A stretch of 58,333 nucleotides of DNA, filler included, from Diploschistes diacapsis (GCA_023645945.1; 8 parts of 8 records of this genome joined end to end with filler, not necessarily neighbours in it); one strand, 5' to 3'. Positions 1 through 13,856 are shown, numbered from the whole stretch's first letter. The notes: generated by a model from the letters alone, not told the origin. Translations and numbers: made by a program.

Positions 1-3000
1 GGGGAGGGCCAGAGAAGGTTCCGCCATTTCTTCAGGGCTTACAAACGAGGCTCAGCAGTACGCAACTGTCCGTACAAGCCGTAGACAATTTGGAACCCTG
101 CTTGGTGGGCCAACACGAACGGTGACCTTTGGAATGATAATGATAATTATTTGACAGCTCAGAATCTGCGGACTATGTTCCGTCTGTGGATGCAGATGAA
201 AAGGATTGATGTCATGGATAGTTGTGGCAAATGCGCAGATGGAAAAGTTATGACTCAGCACGGCTGCCACCCGTCTGCTAAGAGCCCTTGAAATTACCAA
301 TTACCCCTCGTAATCAACAATACAATTACTGTACAGTACACACCAGGGTAGTTGGAGAAAGTCTAGCAAATAGAACGACTCGCTCAAGTCTTGGTTCAGG
401 AGATTACAGCACAGCACATAGTTCAACATGCTTTCTTTCTCCCTAAGGTGGGTTGGGTCTAGCGCCTTTATGCCGTAGTTTTTTAATGCCTTTTTAATGT
501 GAGCCAATGAAACTGGCAAGTTATGTCTATGGTGTTCTGGAAAACCCCACATTGTGTAATAGGAAAAAAGAAAAAGAAAGAAAAAGAAAAAGATTATGCT
601 TCTATGATTGGTCGCATATGGGCCGGTCCGGGGAACGGGACTAGCGTGAGTCGGGGAGACCGGGCACCACCGGAATTAAGTGAGGTTAAAGCCGAGCATA
701 CGAACTCTGACGACATTTACTTTTTACTTTTGTCGTATCCCCGTTCTTCTTCTTCTTCTTCTTTTACTCTTTGCACTATGGCTATTTCGTGACCTCCATT
801 TAAGTGGAACCGGGATTGCGACGAAAGGCGGTGAGCGGGAGAAACTCGGCTTTTGGCGGTGAGGGCCGTCAAAGTCTGGCTCCACAGGTCCGGTACTAGA
901 TTATCATCACCGGGTTTCAAACGGCACTTAATGAACTTTATTCTCTTCACCATTCACCCACTCACCACTAGCGCCGCCATCGAAGCTTCTTGGACCTTTG
1001 GACTCGGGCCTAGACATAACGGTTTTGTTGATTATTTAACAAAATGTCTCATATTCCAGCCCATCGGGAGTAGAGCCTGTGGATGCTGTCGTACCAATTG
1101 CAGGCTGCATGAAGGTCCGAGTCATCTGACCTCGGGGCGCCTCAGGTCAAGAACGATATATATACGGAGGTTTTTAATCCCTATTGGACACTGGACATTG
1201 GACATATGCAGGCAGTAAATTCTCACTTTTGGAGTAGTTTCTCGTACACTTACAGGCCCATAGTAATCTATGCTCCAAATCTACGATGATGCTAGGCTTT
1301 GGCAATTGAACATAATCGGACAGCCGCATGGTTTGATCAGTCGAACTACTCTGACGCCCGGAAAGACGAATAAACGCTACATTAGTATGCCGTTCATAGC
1401 GGGAGCTTTCTTTCAGTGGTCCACGGAGCACGAACCCGACGCTGGGTGGCTTGGTACGACATCAATTAAAAAAAGAACGTGGGGCGATGACAGAGGGGCC
1501 ACAGAGGGCCAATTAGCTCTCATATAGATACTATAAACAAGGTACCACCTACCTATCTACCTATCCGAAGGTATCTACTATCTTCGTACTACTACTCTCT
1601 ACACTCTGTCCTCTATACTCTACTCCCCTTCATGCTGCATGCATCAGCTTCCTCAGCCTCAAGTCTCCTACTGCCAGCGATACATTTCGATTGCCTCTTT
1701 GCCTCTTTGCCTCTACCTCCGGCCTGCTCGCTTCAGCAGCACTCAGACGGTGTTGGCTCACTCTACTTGCATCCTGGGCCATCGCCAGCATTAGGATTGT
1801 TCTAGTCTAAAAAGCCTTAGATCCAAGAGTCCGTATTGGTTGCGATCATGCCCCTTTATGTGGCTTCGGTACCTATCCGAAAACAAACCTGTGTAAGCCA
1901 GCTAAGACTCATCCTGTAATAGAAGATTCTCTTGGTGCCCAAGCTCCGTTGCCCTCTTGTCCTTCCGGGACTTCCAATGAGAAATCGTTATCCATGATAG
2001 TAAGACTATTTCGTGATTACGATGTGGTGCCGGGGCTCGAGAGATTTGGAGGATAAGGCTTCACGAACAGGTAGCCGACGTTGAACACTCAGTCGTCGTT
2101 CCCTTCCCTTCGTTTCCAAGGCTGGCAGCCGCAGTCCGTCACTGCACGGCAGACTCTATCCAGGCAAGGCTTGCGCTACACTGCTTTACGCAGTATGCAT
2201 ACTCCTCCAAATTGCTTCGGATGGTAAGATCAAGCCTTGGCTGTCTTCGTGCTCAAGCATGACTGAATGGGCACAACGATGGCCACACAACCAATGCATG
2301 TGCGCCTAACACGGTTCAAATCTGCATAACCATTACGTATGGACTGGACGGCATCCGAACCCATGGTGTTGCAAAGCTATTCTGGCCTTGCCCATGTGCA
2401 ACAAAACGCATCAACGCTTCTACCAAAGCCAACATCTCTTTCCTGGCTGAGTCTTGGGGTACGACAGTGCAGAGGCCCTGTGCGCATATTCGAACATTCA
2501 TGGCGTGCTGCTTGTGCTTGCTATCTATCACCTATCACATGGATGGTCCGAACGGCTCGTTACGTTCAGCACAGTGATGCATCTTTCTCGACCAAGATCC
2601 AAGATCTGGAACACTGCAGATTCGCCTCTCGTTATCGATCCACTTGATCTCTGTCTTCTCCGATGGTTGCAGTGGTGCAGTGGAACGGTTGGTATCCAAC
2701 AACCCCAAGCAGGCAGCCCACCAGCAAGGTGAGGCGCCTATCACATATGCGAAAGCATGGTCCTGTTGGGGCTTAAATGGAAATCCCATGCAAGCTCTCA
2801 TTGTGTGTACATGCGCAGTGAAGCAGCATCGGGGTTCAAGGTGAGTTTTCTCGAAACTGACGCCCTTTCACGTAGGACAAAAGGAGACTTAACACTACGG
2901 AATCATCTGTACAGTTGGTCCTTGAATGCCCACGGCGGGTGCCCTATTTCGATACAATGCTCCCGCTCAGAGTCGCTCTTGTGGAGCGCAAGAGAAAACT

Positions 3001-4788
3001 TTGCTAGTGACCAATATTGAGAGAGACTCGAGGAAGGAATACTTGAACTTCCGACCGGAGATTTTTCAGTCATTCAGCAACACTATTCCTTTCTCGCCTA
3101 TTTCCTTGCAGATCTCACCATTCATAGTGAAAGGATTCCCCACTTTCAGAGCACTGCGACGCTCCAACAAAAGACAATAACCTTACTCGTTTACGACCGT
3201 TCACCTTTGAAATTCTTTGGGCTCTATAGCCAGGCCTTGTAGGCCCGAAGTTTCTTTCCCATGTTTGCTTGAATCGCTTCCCTCGGGTCTTCAGCCGCTA
3301 TCTCTGACTTCCCCTGGCTAGTCGAAGTTCTTTCTAGATTCCTACTACCTCCATACGCCGCCTGTGCCTTGGTAAGTTCAAGGTCCTGGACGGATATGGT
3401 CATCTTCTTGGACCGAACCCTGTGCGGCTCCGGGTCTGGATTGCTTTGCGGTCCGGGAAATTGATAAAAAGCCAGCTGGCGTGCTCTTTGTGTCTTGAAA
3501 ATAAGGCGTTGGATCCAGCCAGGCTTCGGCTTGTGGAAGGTAGGAAGATTTCGATATTACGGTCGATTACCTACTGCTTGCTTGTAAGACCTATTACCTT
3601 TCATGAATATTCAAACCAACCGCCGAAATCTACCTCTTCGTGGCCCTCGTATTTCCCCTTCGATAATCCTCGCTCGATGTATTCACTGGAGTCACAGATC
3701 AAGGAGGAGCCAGATTGTACGCTGCGGCAGAGCTTGAACGAAAAACAACACCATTACTGAACGACCTTAACCCCCGTCGAACGGATATCCAAAGGAAACA
3801 TGCACCGGAATGAAAGTTAGCGATCTGCCACTTCGTGGGTAAGATCTTACTGCATGTCGTTGTTGATTCGCATGTTCCTGAATCGATGATATACAGTTGG
3901 GCTTTTGATTTGCGCCATCAGAACCTCATCGACAAGTCCTTTGTTTGAGAAAACAGGCCGGTGCCCCAATAATTTCCGCCGTGCTCCTCCTCCACTTTGG
4001 TATCTGATGCACAGATGGTGAGAGCAACAGTTGTCGAGCACAGGGAGCCGGAGTTGCGCCTACCCACGGTGCTAAGATGTCATCAGGGCTGGTAAAGACT
4101 TGCGTGCACGTCTTCGTGCATTACGAACGTCTCGAGAGCCATTGCACCAAGCAAGATTGGATTGAAGGGCAGCACTTGGATAATCCATCTGCAGCTACCA
4201 CATCCCTGTTAAAATTATCAGTAGTATCAAATCATGTCGTCTCTCATATTCTGATAGGTACTGGTTACAGTGCAGTAAGTGACAAGTAACCCATTTCTAA
4301 GCGAAGATTGCATGCAGTTCCAGGCCCAAGTTAATTTTTTTCTCTGTTCGTTCTCAGTCAGAAAGCCCTAATCATGTGAGTTGGTAGAGCGTTTATTATA
4401 TATATTATTATAATATGCAGGGAGGATCAAGAGCAGGGAGCTAGGCAGCGCTCGTGTTAGCAACGAAGCAAGTGCTCTCTCCCCATTCGAATGGCAAGAA
4501 GTACCTCAAGGTTTATTGACGTTCGAAGTGACTGTACTTTCCATTCCTTCCAGCTCTACCCGCAACCCTCATGAACATATCCTATACGCATGGCCATGAA
4601 CCAATGCTACCAAACACAGAGAAGCAAGACACACATCTGGCACCAAGCTTGAGCCTCCAGAGACGAAGAGTTACAATGGAAGAATATATGTCTGGTCTCT
4701 GCTATCGGGGGGCTCGCGGCGACCTATCCTACAAGCACGCACACAACAGAAACTGTCCAGCCCTGTGAATTCAAAGAAGAAAAAAAAA

Positions 4789-5774
4789 ATGAGTAACTTC
4801 ACCCTCCCTCCTGGATTTGCTCCAGATCACAACATGGAGAACATTACTTGGGCCAGCAAGACAGCTACCAAGAGCCATGAAACCGTTTTTGCTCGAGTGA
4901 CTAGGCCTGCCGGCATCATGCTGGCAGTCTTTGCCGACCTCAAATACCGCTTCATCGCCAAGGAGAACTATGTCTTCGAGACTGGTGCGGGCACCGGAGC
5001 TTTGGCCGAATATCTCACAAAAGAATATACCGAGATCAAGCGCTACATCGCAACCGACTCCAGCCCTCACATGCTCAACGCGCTCAAAGACAAGTTTGGT
5101 GGCAACCACAAGGTACTCAAGTTCAAGGTAAGTCTTACCGGAATGCCGTCCATCCAAGAGAGCGCTGACGGATGCATCAGGAGGTCGACGCGTTGGACAT
5201 GGACGCTTTGAGACGGGCCATTGACAAGACCGACGGAGCGGACGGCATCACTCACTACCTCTCACTCTTCATGCCGCAGTTTACCCTCAATCCCCTTCTC
5301 GCAGTCAGTAACGGAGTGGAGCTTCTGCGTGAGTCGAGGCGCGGGAGCAAGATCCCCAACCGTGAGCCGGGCTGCATTGGACTCGGTTGCTTCGGCAAAA
5401 TGAACATGGAGGATCTGTACAACGAAGCATGGAGGCGCATCAACCCTACCTTCTCCGGGCACCACTTGATGTTCGACACCGACTGGCCCAGGAACAAAGC
5501 GGGCGTCAAGACCACGCTGGAGAACATGGGCGTGGCGAGCGTCTTCGTCGATACCTACCTTTACCCCTTTGGCTTCACCCGGGCCGACGACTTCCTGGAC
5601 TTCTTCTTCAATGGAGCCCATCCGGCGTGCGAGTACCTCACGCAAGGGGCCAAGAACTACAAGGAACTCAAGGAGGTTCGGAAGGTGATGAAGGCCATCC
5701 TGGAGGAAGGGATCTTCATGAAGATCGAGGATATCTCGGCCGAGTGCCATATCGCCGTCGGCAAGGTCTTCTGA
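4789..5774 (+). CDS. Class I SAM-dependent methyltransferase, divergent, about 310 aa, 2 exons (4789-5127, 5181-5774)
   Basis: Motif I VFETGAGTGAL and post-I YIATDSSPHML. Intron 5128-5180 (GTAAGT..GCTGAC..CAG) joins ORFs 4765-5211 and 5172-5774 in frame. C-terminal IAVGK resembles the last Rossmann strand. Confidence 0.8.
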
Positions 5775-7260
5775 GCACGAACATTTATTTTCTCATAGCC
5801 GAAAAGAGATTATGGCACGGAGTTCTGAAGGAGGGGCGAGCATGGCATCTGGAGCCCCTCAAAACAACAACGGCGTGATGGTGATCTGGGGATGTGTGTA
5901 TGTAATTGATGGTATGCATTGTTTGCTTCAGGCCTGACTTCTTCTTCCTCGTTCCCTCTTCCTACGGCTTCCGTGCTTCGCAGTACTGGAAGGGCCCCAA
6001 GGCTTCTCTCTTCCGAAACGGAGAGCTTCCGGTAGTACCCTGCGGAAACGCCCCGCAACATCTTTCCGGCGCCTCATGGGGTACATACTGGAAGTTTCTT
6101 TCTTCTCCCTCCTGGACTGGAAAGCCTAGCCGGGTTATGATGCTTCGGCTACCCCCTTGCTTGATGAACCGAAGGCCCGAGTATAAAGAATAAGCAATTA
6201 TTCAATTAGAGCGTCGAGAGACGGGCTTCAGACTATTTTGGTGCAATAATGCATGCTGTCAAGATGGCTCCCCGTTTTTAAAATAAAAAAAGAAATAAAA
6301 AAGAAAAAAGAAAAAGTAACAACGCCGTAACAGGCAAATTCCACAGCCGTTAAAAGACCTTCTTCTTTTGGGGCGACGAGAGAGAGCTATCGCAGTGAGA
6401 AGCGGCGGCGGCGGAGAAAACGCCCTTATCTAGGTAAAGGAGCGCCCGGGGGAATGCCCCGAAACCGCTCCGGAATTCGGAGGAGACCCCCTATGCTATG
6501 CAGGGGAACCGATAATAATAATAATAATACACAGTCGATAATTAAAAGCCCCTGTTGTGCCCCTCCCTCCCTCCTTTTTTACCCTTCTCGTCTTGACTTG
6601 CCCTTCCTGCCTCTGCTTAGTAGTAGTAAGGAGACTAGTAGTAAGTACTAGTAAGTACTAGTAGTTTTCGGCAGAGCCTCGTTCCCCCGTATACTAAGTC
6701 CTTCTCTTCTAGGCTTAGTATTATCTTCCATTGCTTTCTATTGGCCAGCAACTTTCACAGGCCAGTCCATCCCCGTGTCTTTCTTTCGAGGGCCTTCTTC
6801 ACGGGACGGGAGGAGATAAGGCTTTCGTACTTCTGTATGTGTATGTCTGTATGTAACGGAGTAAAGCGAAGTAGTAGGGGAGAGGGAGATAAGGGGAGCG
6901 GCAGACGGGGTTTTCCATTCCGCAAAGAGCGTGTGAGATGATGGACGCTAATATCATATCATGGAACTGCTTCTCCAGAAAGGTGCGCACCAGACAGACA
7001 GAGCATGGTGTTAGCAAAAATGATGGGTATATATATATATACGCTGAACTCAAAACAAGCCGCTGGTTTCACTGCACTCACACACACGACATCAATGCGC
7101 GTTTTGCTTCTTGGGGAGGAGGAGTACAAAGTTGCATGTGAGGTATCTATCTACCTGTGGTAATGCCTGCTCCGCCTCTTTTATATTTTATATTTTGGTG
7201 GGTTGCTTAAGTTAAGATGTGAGCTTATCAGTTGCATGGGGGGGCCTTGGGGCCCTTTGG

Positions 7261-7360
7261 NNNNNNNNNNNNNNNNNNNNNNNNNNNNNNNNNNNNNNNN
7301 NNNNTTAATTAATTAANNNNNNNNNNNNNNNNNNNNNNNNNNNNNNNNNNNNNNNNNNNN
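7261..7360. other. Artificial contig linker N44-TTAATTAATTAA-N44. Identical linkers at 14620-14719, 21923-22022, 29214-29313, 36502-36601, 43783-43882, 51060-51159.
   Basis: Seen directly: a fixed 100-nt spacer containing a six-frame stop cassette. Confidence 0.99.
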
Positions 7361-7361
7361 G

Positions 7362-7362
7362 C

Positions 7363-7399
<37 letters not shown>
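7362..7399. repeat. (CTA)n microsatellite at contig start
   Basis: About 12 tandem CTA units, seen directly. Confidence 0.9.
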
Positions 7400-8767
7400 C
7401 TGTCATATACGTATATTATATATTATATTATATATTATTCCCATGCTGCCATCCCCATCTACCCATACTCGTTAGGCAGTCAAGTTTCTTGGAGTGCAGT
7501 GCACACGGCCAATCACAGGGGTTGAAGGTCGGTTTGCGAAGAAGGCGACGGCAGTGGGTATTTCAAGACCCGAGGATCGCGGTGCGCCCGAATGAGGGAG
7601 ATTATTTGACTTGCTCTTTATAATAACTTGCCAGATCTTTTCGAGGAATGGGCCAAATTGCAGAAATAAAAAGATAGCTGTCCCTGGATCAGTAGCGCGT
7701 CATGCATAAGCTCGCAATCTCTTCCGTAGCGTTTCTGTTATCGCCTGAAAGCTAAAGTTCGTTGATCCTTCACCGTCCAGGTATCTGTCCAGGTATCTGT
7801 TCTCGTATTCGTGCAGTAGAAGTGGGTTACTACCGCCACGGAACTGCACCAAGACAACTCTGTATATATTAAAAGGCTTGGGTAATTGCACAATGGTTCA
7901 TTAAAAATGAGTAAAGCATGTCTAGGGGGGCGACCGGATTACTATTAGGTTGGTTTTGTCACCAAGCTCCACATACATACTTGACATCCCGCTCTAATTA
8001 GGCCGATCTATTAGCCTACCCAGATTTTGTTTAGTCTGTGTACGAAAAGCTGGGCAAAGAGCACAACCACGCTAATAAGTGGTAGAGTGCGCGCGTGGCT
8101 GTAGGCGGTTGTGCATACTAACCAAAAACTTCGCAACAAGTCGCAATCCGTCAATATTGGATTCAGCCTTTCCTACGAAGCAGATACGAGCTCAAAAGGC
8201 GCAGCGCACAAAACTGATAGAGCCTTTTTTGTCATATGAAGCACATGATTGGGTGCGAAGCGATCCTATAAATAACCTCCGGAATACATGTACCTGTACT
8301 CCATGAATAAAAGATAAGGCAAAGGACACACATAGGGGCCCATCTACCTAATTACCCTCCAGAAAGACTCATAATGCGCACCCTTTCAACTATCGCACTA
8401 TACATCTTTATACGCACTTGAGTCCATAATGACACCAATTCGCATACACATATGTTTAATAAAAGAATGTGGTAAACATGCAGGTTGTGTAATCATATTG
8501 GCACCTTTAAACGCTATTTTTGCAAGAATAAAGCTTAAAACAATGTGCCAAAATGTATCAAAAAAAAAGGCAGAAACGGGTTGTAAAAGTATAGATTGAA
8601 TAAAGTGTCATAAGGATTTTCTTTGCAGTGTTGTCCCCGGAGCATATCTTGTAAACTTTTTAATATCCCCTGCCCTATCATCTAGCGCCTTGGCTAGCGC
8701 CTATGCCTAGTCTGCAACATCAACCTGACTCGGCAATCGCCAATCATTCCGCCTTCCCTGGCCTGAC

Positions 8768-10148
8768 ATGGCTGCACACATCGAAACGCATGATATAAGC
8801 TCAGAAGAGCTGCCTAGAAAGAAACGACTTGTCTCTACAGACGCCGAAGTAGATAGGAACTGTATGCATCCTTTGCCCTCCATTTCCTTCTACAGCCCGA
8901 GCCTCTCTAACCTCACAGTAGGCAAGCGGCGGCGACGTCTCGGAGACCTTAAAAGACCGAAACGCAACCGAATTCCTAAAGGCCAATTCATCGAGAATTG
9001 GTTTGACCGTCTCTGATTGGTCCCGAGAGCGGAAAACGTTGAATAAAACATTGAGAGAAATGCCTCAACTTCTCTCGCCAGACGGGACTACTGCGGCATG
9101 CTCTTACAAGTCCGCTGCGACGTCATCTTCTCGGAAGACCACTGCAAGCGTGCACGACATCGATTATCGAGTGACGTTAGAGCAATACAACATTTTTATC
9201 ATGGAAGACGAGCCAAACCCCGAACTCGTCAAGCGAGCAAACGATGTCATCTCATGCCAACGATAGACGCATGAATTGGACGATGCTGCTGTCAAGGGGC
9301 TGAGAAGGACCATGCGAAAGCTCCAAAACGAAGGGGAAGAGGACGTTAAGAATAAACTAGGCGCAGATATTATTCCGGGTTTCAATGTGGCCTCACATGC
9401 GACACTACATGGTGTTTCCGGCCAACTTTGGACGAAATCTATACCTCTTCCTCTTGATCCTAATATTCTTGAGGCGCCGCTTCCCCTTCCAAAACCAAAG
9501 CCAGATAAGGCCTTTGCATATGCTAAAGCTGCTTTCACAGGGCCTCAGCTGGCAACTATCAGTTGTCTGGCACAGGGTCCGGTTGGACCGAGCTTTGCTT
9601 CACCCCATGAAGGCCTTTGATTTCCGTACCTCGTCATTGAATTCAAATCACAGGCGAAGGATGGATCAATCCGAGTGGCAAGAAACCAAGCTGCCGGGGC
9701 TGGCGCCATTGCCTTAAATGGTTATCTAGAACTTATGTCTCGCGGTCCTGGTCTGGACAAGTTCGATTTCAAGCAGCCTCTATTCTTCTCGATAACCCTG
9801 GACCAGGGGATTGCGGGTGTGAACGGTCATTGGATAGGCAAGAACACCGACACCAATCAGCACACCTTCCACCTTGAGGAACTGAAAATGCTTACTCTGA
9901 AATACGATGATAGCATTCATGTCCTTCAACGCGCAATCAAGAATATTCATGATTACGCGAGTGGCCCGCCCATGAAACCCATTCTTGATGCGCTTGATGA
10001 GTATCGACAAAAGATTATCACACAGAGGGCCGCGAAGTTAACGGAAAAGACTCAGGATGGAATAGAACACCATGACCCGCCATCATCACCACAGCCACCT
10101 CCGCGAAGCAAAAGGGCCAAGGTGACGGCTGAGTCCGAGGCTCCATGA
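8768..10148 (+). pseudogene. Pseudogene of a fungal PD-(D/E)XK-like (DUF7924-type) protein
   Basis: One frame from 9003 to 10148 reads PKPKPDKAFAY...GL*FPYLVIEFKSQAKDGSIRVARNQAAGAGAIALNG (PD...ExK signature). It is broken by TAG 9264-9266 and TGA 9618-9620, with an apparent frameshift near 9002 relative to ORF 8768-9016. Confidence 0.75.
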
Positions 10149-10860
10149 TAGAAATCGCGGCCGATCCGGTTACCGTATGCTTTGCTTAATTACCCTAGGT
10201 TTCAGCCAATAGAGCTACTCGAGAAATCATTGTAAAATCCGAAAAAAACTGAATAAGATTCGCTGTCGCTTTTAAATACCATAAGCCAAGTCCGCCAAAG
10301 ACGAATGGCTAACTTCCAAAATTTCTAAGATGGATATAATAAATCCATGAAGCTGCACTAGGCCTCATATATCCCAAGACGTTTCTGTATGAATTAAGAG
10401 GCTGTGTGATCGTGAAATACTTCGAGGCATAGGGAATAACCACAACTTTATTCATTTGGATGCAAGTGCCAGAAAGAGCTCAAACACTACCTCTGAACTT
10501 GCTTGAGTGACTTTGTCATGGCTGTAAAGGGTTGGATACATAGGGTTCATCTGGGTTTGTCACCATCCGAAACTGTATCTGCTTAGGTACTATGTGGATG
10601 AAGATTCGATTTTGATCAAGAGGCAAAGAACCGGGTGTACAGAAGAAAAATGCCAAAGCTTCTTTAAATCTTGATCATCACGGTAGTATCAAGAGATTTC
10701 TGGGACAAATTGAACAGGCCAGTTCCGGAGTGCTCCATCTAAAGTGCATCTTTGACGATCTTGAACACAAACTGGATTGCATGGAACCGCACTCGACTCA
10801 GTTGCCCCAATCCCAACTTTTAGAGTACTGTACATTGGCGAAGCCGATTCCACAGCCAAT

Positions 10861-11348
10861 TTAGTGAGCTTTTGGTTCCTCATCTTTAAGCTCCTCCTCC
10901 AGCTCTCTCTCAAACCAATCATCATCCTGAGCAGCCACCTCGCCCTCGGCAGCTGCGCCTTCAACTTCTACCTCCTGAACTTCGTATGCCTTTAAATCAT
11001 TTGCAATGTTGCTCTCTTCAGGGGATGCTGGCACCTGAGGCATGGAGAATTTCTGGACGTGAGCGTCGGCATCAGAGGGCTTAGTAGGAGTTGGTTTGTG
11101 ACTATTGATAGCCTTGACGTATAGATCTTGTATAAGGTCCGCTAGGAAGCGCATTAGAAGCCATTTGGACCTGATATGGCGTTTCCCCGTACCTGATCGT
11201 ATTGCCGTTGGAATGAAGGTTCTTCGCTGAGAAGCTGCTGACCGCGCAGCAGTCCGGCTTAGATGCGAGCGCTGTGTTAAATTAGCTTCAATCGCTTACT
11301 TTTCCGATCTTCTGGAGCACTCACCGAAGCCTTAAGTGATCGCAACAT
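10861..11348 (-). CDS. ATP14: Mitochondrial ATP synthase subunit h, 3 exons (11348-11325, 11271-11193, 11141-10861)
   Basis: Spliced product MLRSLKAS|RSHLSRTAARSAASQRRTFIPTAIRS|ADLIQDLYVKAINSHKPTPTKPSDADAHVQKF... has an Arg/Ser presequence, the DLIQDLY motif and an acidic tail. Both introns are GT..AG with GCTAAT/CTAAT branch sites. Confidence 0.9.
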
Positions 11349-11606
11349 TTTGGAACGAGTGATGATGATCTGGAGTTGACCCAACCGATGTTTGGCCAGG
11401 AGCTTTGAGGTTCTATAGCCATTGCGCTAAGCCCCTTTTGGCCGGCTCCTGCTTGGCCTCGGTCCCGAGCTGGAGAACTTGCTCCGTACGGATTAGTCCG
11501 TAGAAGTGGGTTGTCAGACATAAAGAGATCGATACTGCCCAACAAAGCAGATTTTGGCAATCCACCGCTGCTAATGGAAAGCAATCCTGATTTTTCATCA
11601 GAAAGC

Positions 11607-12169
11607 ATGTCCACCGACAACATCGATGGCCCACCCGCTCCGGCCCAAGTGTTTGTGATATCAACTCTCAAGTAAACGACTATGCTTACAGATTGGATAG
11701 GGCTACAATCGCTACTCCCATCAACTTTATCCTGATATCTCTCCTCATATTGCTAGCATATCTCCGTTTACGGCCTTCCGCCCCTCCAACCTTACCAAAG
11801 GGACCGCCACCCGTGGTCTTCAAATATTTCACACCTCCCGCCTTGAAACCTTATAATGGCGAAAATGATATGCCAGTCTACTTGGCAGTGAGAGGCCAGG
11901 TCTTTGATGTCACATTGGGGAGAAACTTCTACGGGCCAGGCGGTCCATACGAGAATTTTGCGGGAAGAGATGCAAGTCGAGGGCTCGCCTGTGGCAGCTT
12001 TGACGAAGACATGCTCACGAAGAATCTCGAGGGTCCTCTAGACGATCTGAAAGATCTTGGCCCGGACGAGCTGGAGGCATTGCGCGGTTGGGAAGAGCGG
12101 TTCAATGAAAAATACCTCATCGTTGGAAAGCTCGTGCCAGTTGGAGATCCGGAAGCCCCAAAAACATAG
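11607..12169 (+). CDS. DAP1: Membrane-associated progesterone receptor / cytochrome b5-like heme-steroid binding protein, exons 11607-11650 and 11701-12169
   Basis: N-terminal TM helix, then VYLAVRGQVFDVT..FYGPGGPYENFAGRDASRGLA..W...F..KY...GKL (MAPR signature). A 50-nt intron restores the frame from ATG 11607. Confidence 0.92.
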
Positions 12170-13389
12170 AAGCAAACCAGCTTCCAACAGGACAATGTGT
12201 TTTTCAAAGTTAGCGATCTCGAGGAACTGGAAGGCATGTGGTTTCATGATTTAAATGACATCTTCTTTAGCTCCTCCAAGACAATAGGTATTGCACGGTC
12301 AACACGGGTTAGCCATAAGCATAAAACGTCCGTTTAGAGGTTCCTCTAGCAAAAGACGTTACAAGTTTGATATTCTCAGTTCTGAGCCTTGTCTCCAAAG
12401 TCCCGTTTGAGTCAGCGCCAGTACATTAACGACCCAGCTGCAAAGCCTATCTTCATCCTGGAACGAGGTGGCAAGGGATATAGCCGCTCTGGTATATAAG
12501 ACCGACTGTTGGCCTTCGAACTTTCGACAGATTGACTTGGCTACCTTACTCACCCATCTTGCCTGCTCCCCGATCTTGTCTACTCGCCCATCGACCCTAT
12601 GCAACTGTTGTTACCCGAAAGTCAGTATAGTACGACATGTCCCACTATATGTCTCTCGCCAGAGTAATGTATGAAGCTCTACGGACGATTCTAGCCGACC
12701 GTGCCCACTCCATGAAGTATGCTTCCGAAAGTGCCTTATGACCGAATGTATTTGACTGACTCTTTCACAGAAAATGATACACCTGGACTTTGCCGACGTC
12801 CTAACTGCACTGGTTATCTTAGTACCTCTTTCGTGCCCTGCAGTGCTTGAGCAGCAACTGTAGGGCTTTTGCTCGAGCCCGCCAGGCGTGTCCTCCCCAT
12901 CCCTCCCCCTGAACAACCTTGCACCTTAGCCTCGTGTGTTCCCTCATGATATATAACTCCGTAGGAGTCAATTTCTCCTGTTCTCCTGTTCTCCTGTTCT
13001 CCTGTCTTGTATTGTCATGCAGCTGATGAGAAGCCAGCGTCAGAACGTGACCAGCCACTCTCGTCGCTCATATGATTGACAATATATCCCGTTGATACTA
13101 CGGGACATGTTGACGAAGCTCTGTATACTTGACGGGTGCTCTCACCATCGCTGGCTACTTTCCCTGCACTTCTAGCGGTCCTCAGGTGACTCTTTGGGTA
13201 AGTCTTTGCAGTTCATCCAGCCTTTGTCTCCGGCTTCCCGACTTCTTTCTCTTTCCCATTGCCTCGGTACATAACTTCGTATATAGTATCCAGATTTCTC
13301 GGAATTTGCCACGGTCACATAGCAGGCCAAGAGCTCGTTCGTCGGTGCCCAGTATCCCAACGTCAAAGATGGGAGTCACACTGCTCAAG

Positions 13390-13856
13390 TCTTGACATCA
13401 TGCCTTTGCTGCCATTGCGAGTCTTCTGCGGCCTATCTTGCTTGTACTGGACGGTTCCATCACGGGTCTGCACATGATTAACTCGCAAAATGCAAGTACT
13501 CACCAACCTTACCCATTGCCCGCAAGCCCACATCCTGACAGGGTCTCATAGTGGTTCAATATCGTCGCCAACAGCTCAGACATACATTGACATCAAAGTC
13601 GGGGTAGGTGCCATTCCCAATCCTCTGTCCCCAACAGACCCCCTTAGCAATCCCAGAGCACAAGCAAGAACCCAGCCACGAATACAGACGGCTGGGACAC
13701 TCTCCGCTCCGACGCCATCGTAATCCAAGACTCGACCATCAACAACGGCGACGACTACGTCTTCTTCAAGCCCAACAGCACCAACATCGTCGTGCAGAGC
13801 CTGCAGTGCAACGGCTCGTGGCATCAGCGTCGACTCGCTGGGGCCGTACATCGACA
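13390..13856 (+). pseudogene. GH28 exo-polygalacturonase pseudogene fragment with introns retained
   Basis: Frame not in the ORF track, 13657-13818: [54 protein letters not shown], then a 2-nt deletion, then [10 protein letters not shown] (GH28 NTD, GDD and SHG motifs). Upstream remnants RPILLVLDG and WFNIVANSSDI are separated by intron-like GCAAGT..TAG and GTAGGT..CAG. Confidence 0.85.

Noticed and set aside
7305..7316. TTAATTAATTAA recurring every ~7.3 kb as a biological periodic repeat
   Set aside because: It is always centred in 44+44 Ns, so it is an assembly linker.
9264..9266. Premature TAG as an A-to-I editing-corrected stop
   Set aside because: The same gene also has an in-frame TGA and a frameshift, so ordinary decay is the simpler explanation.
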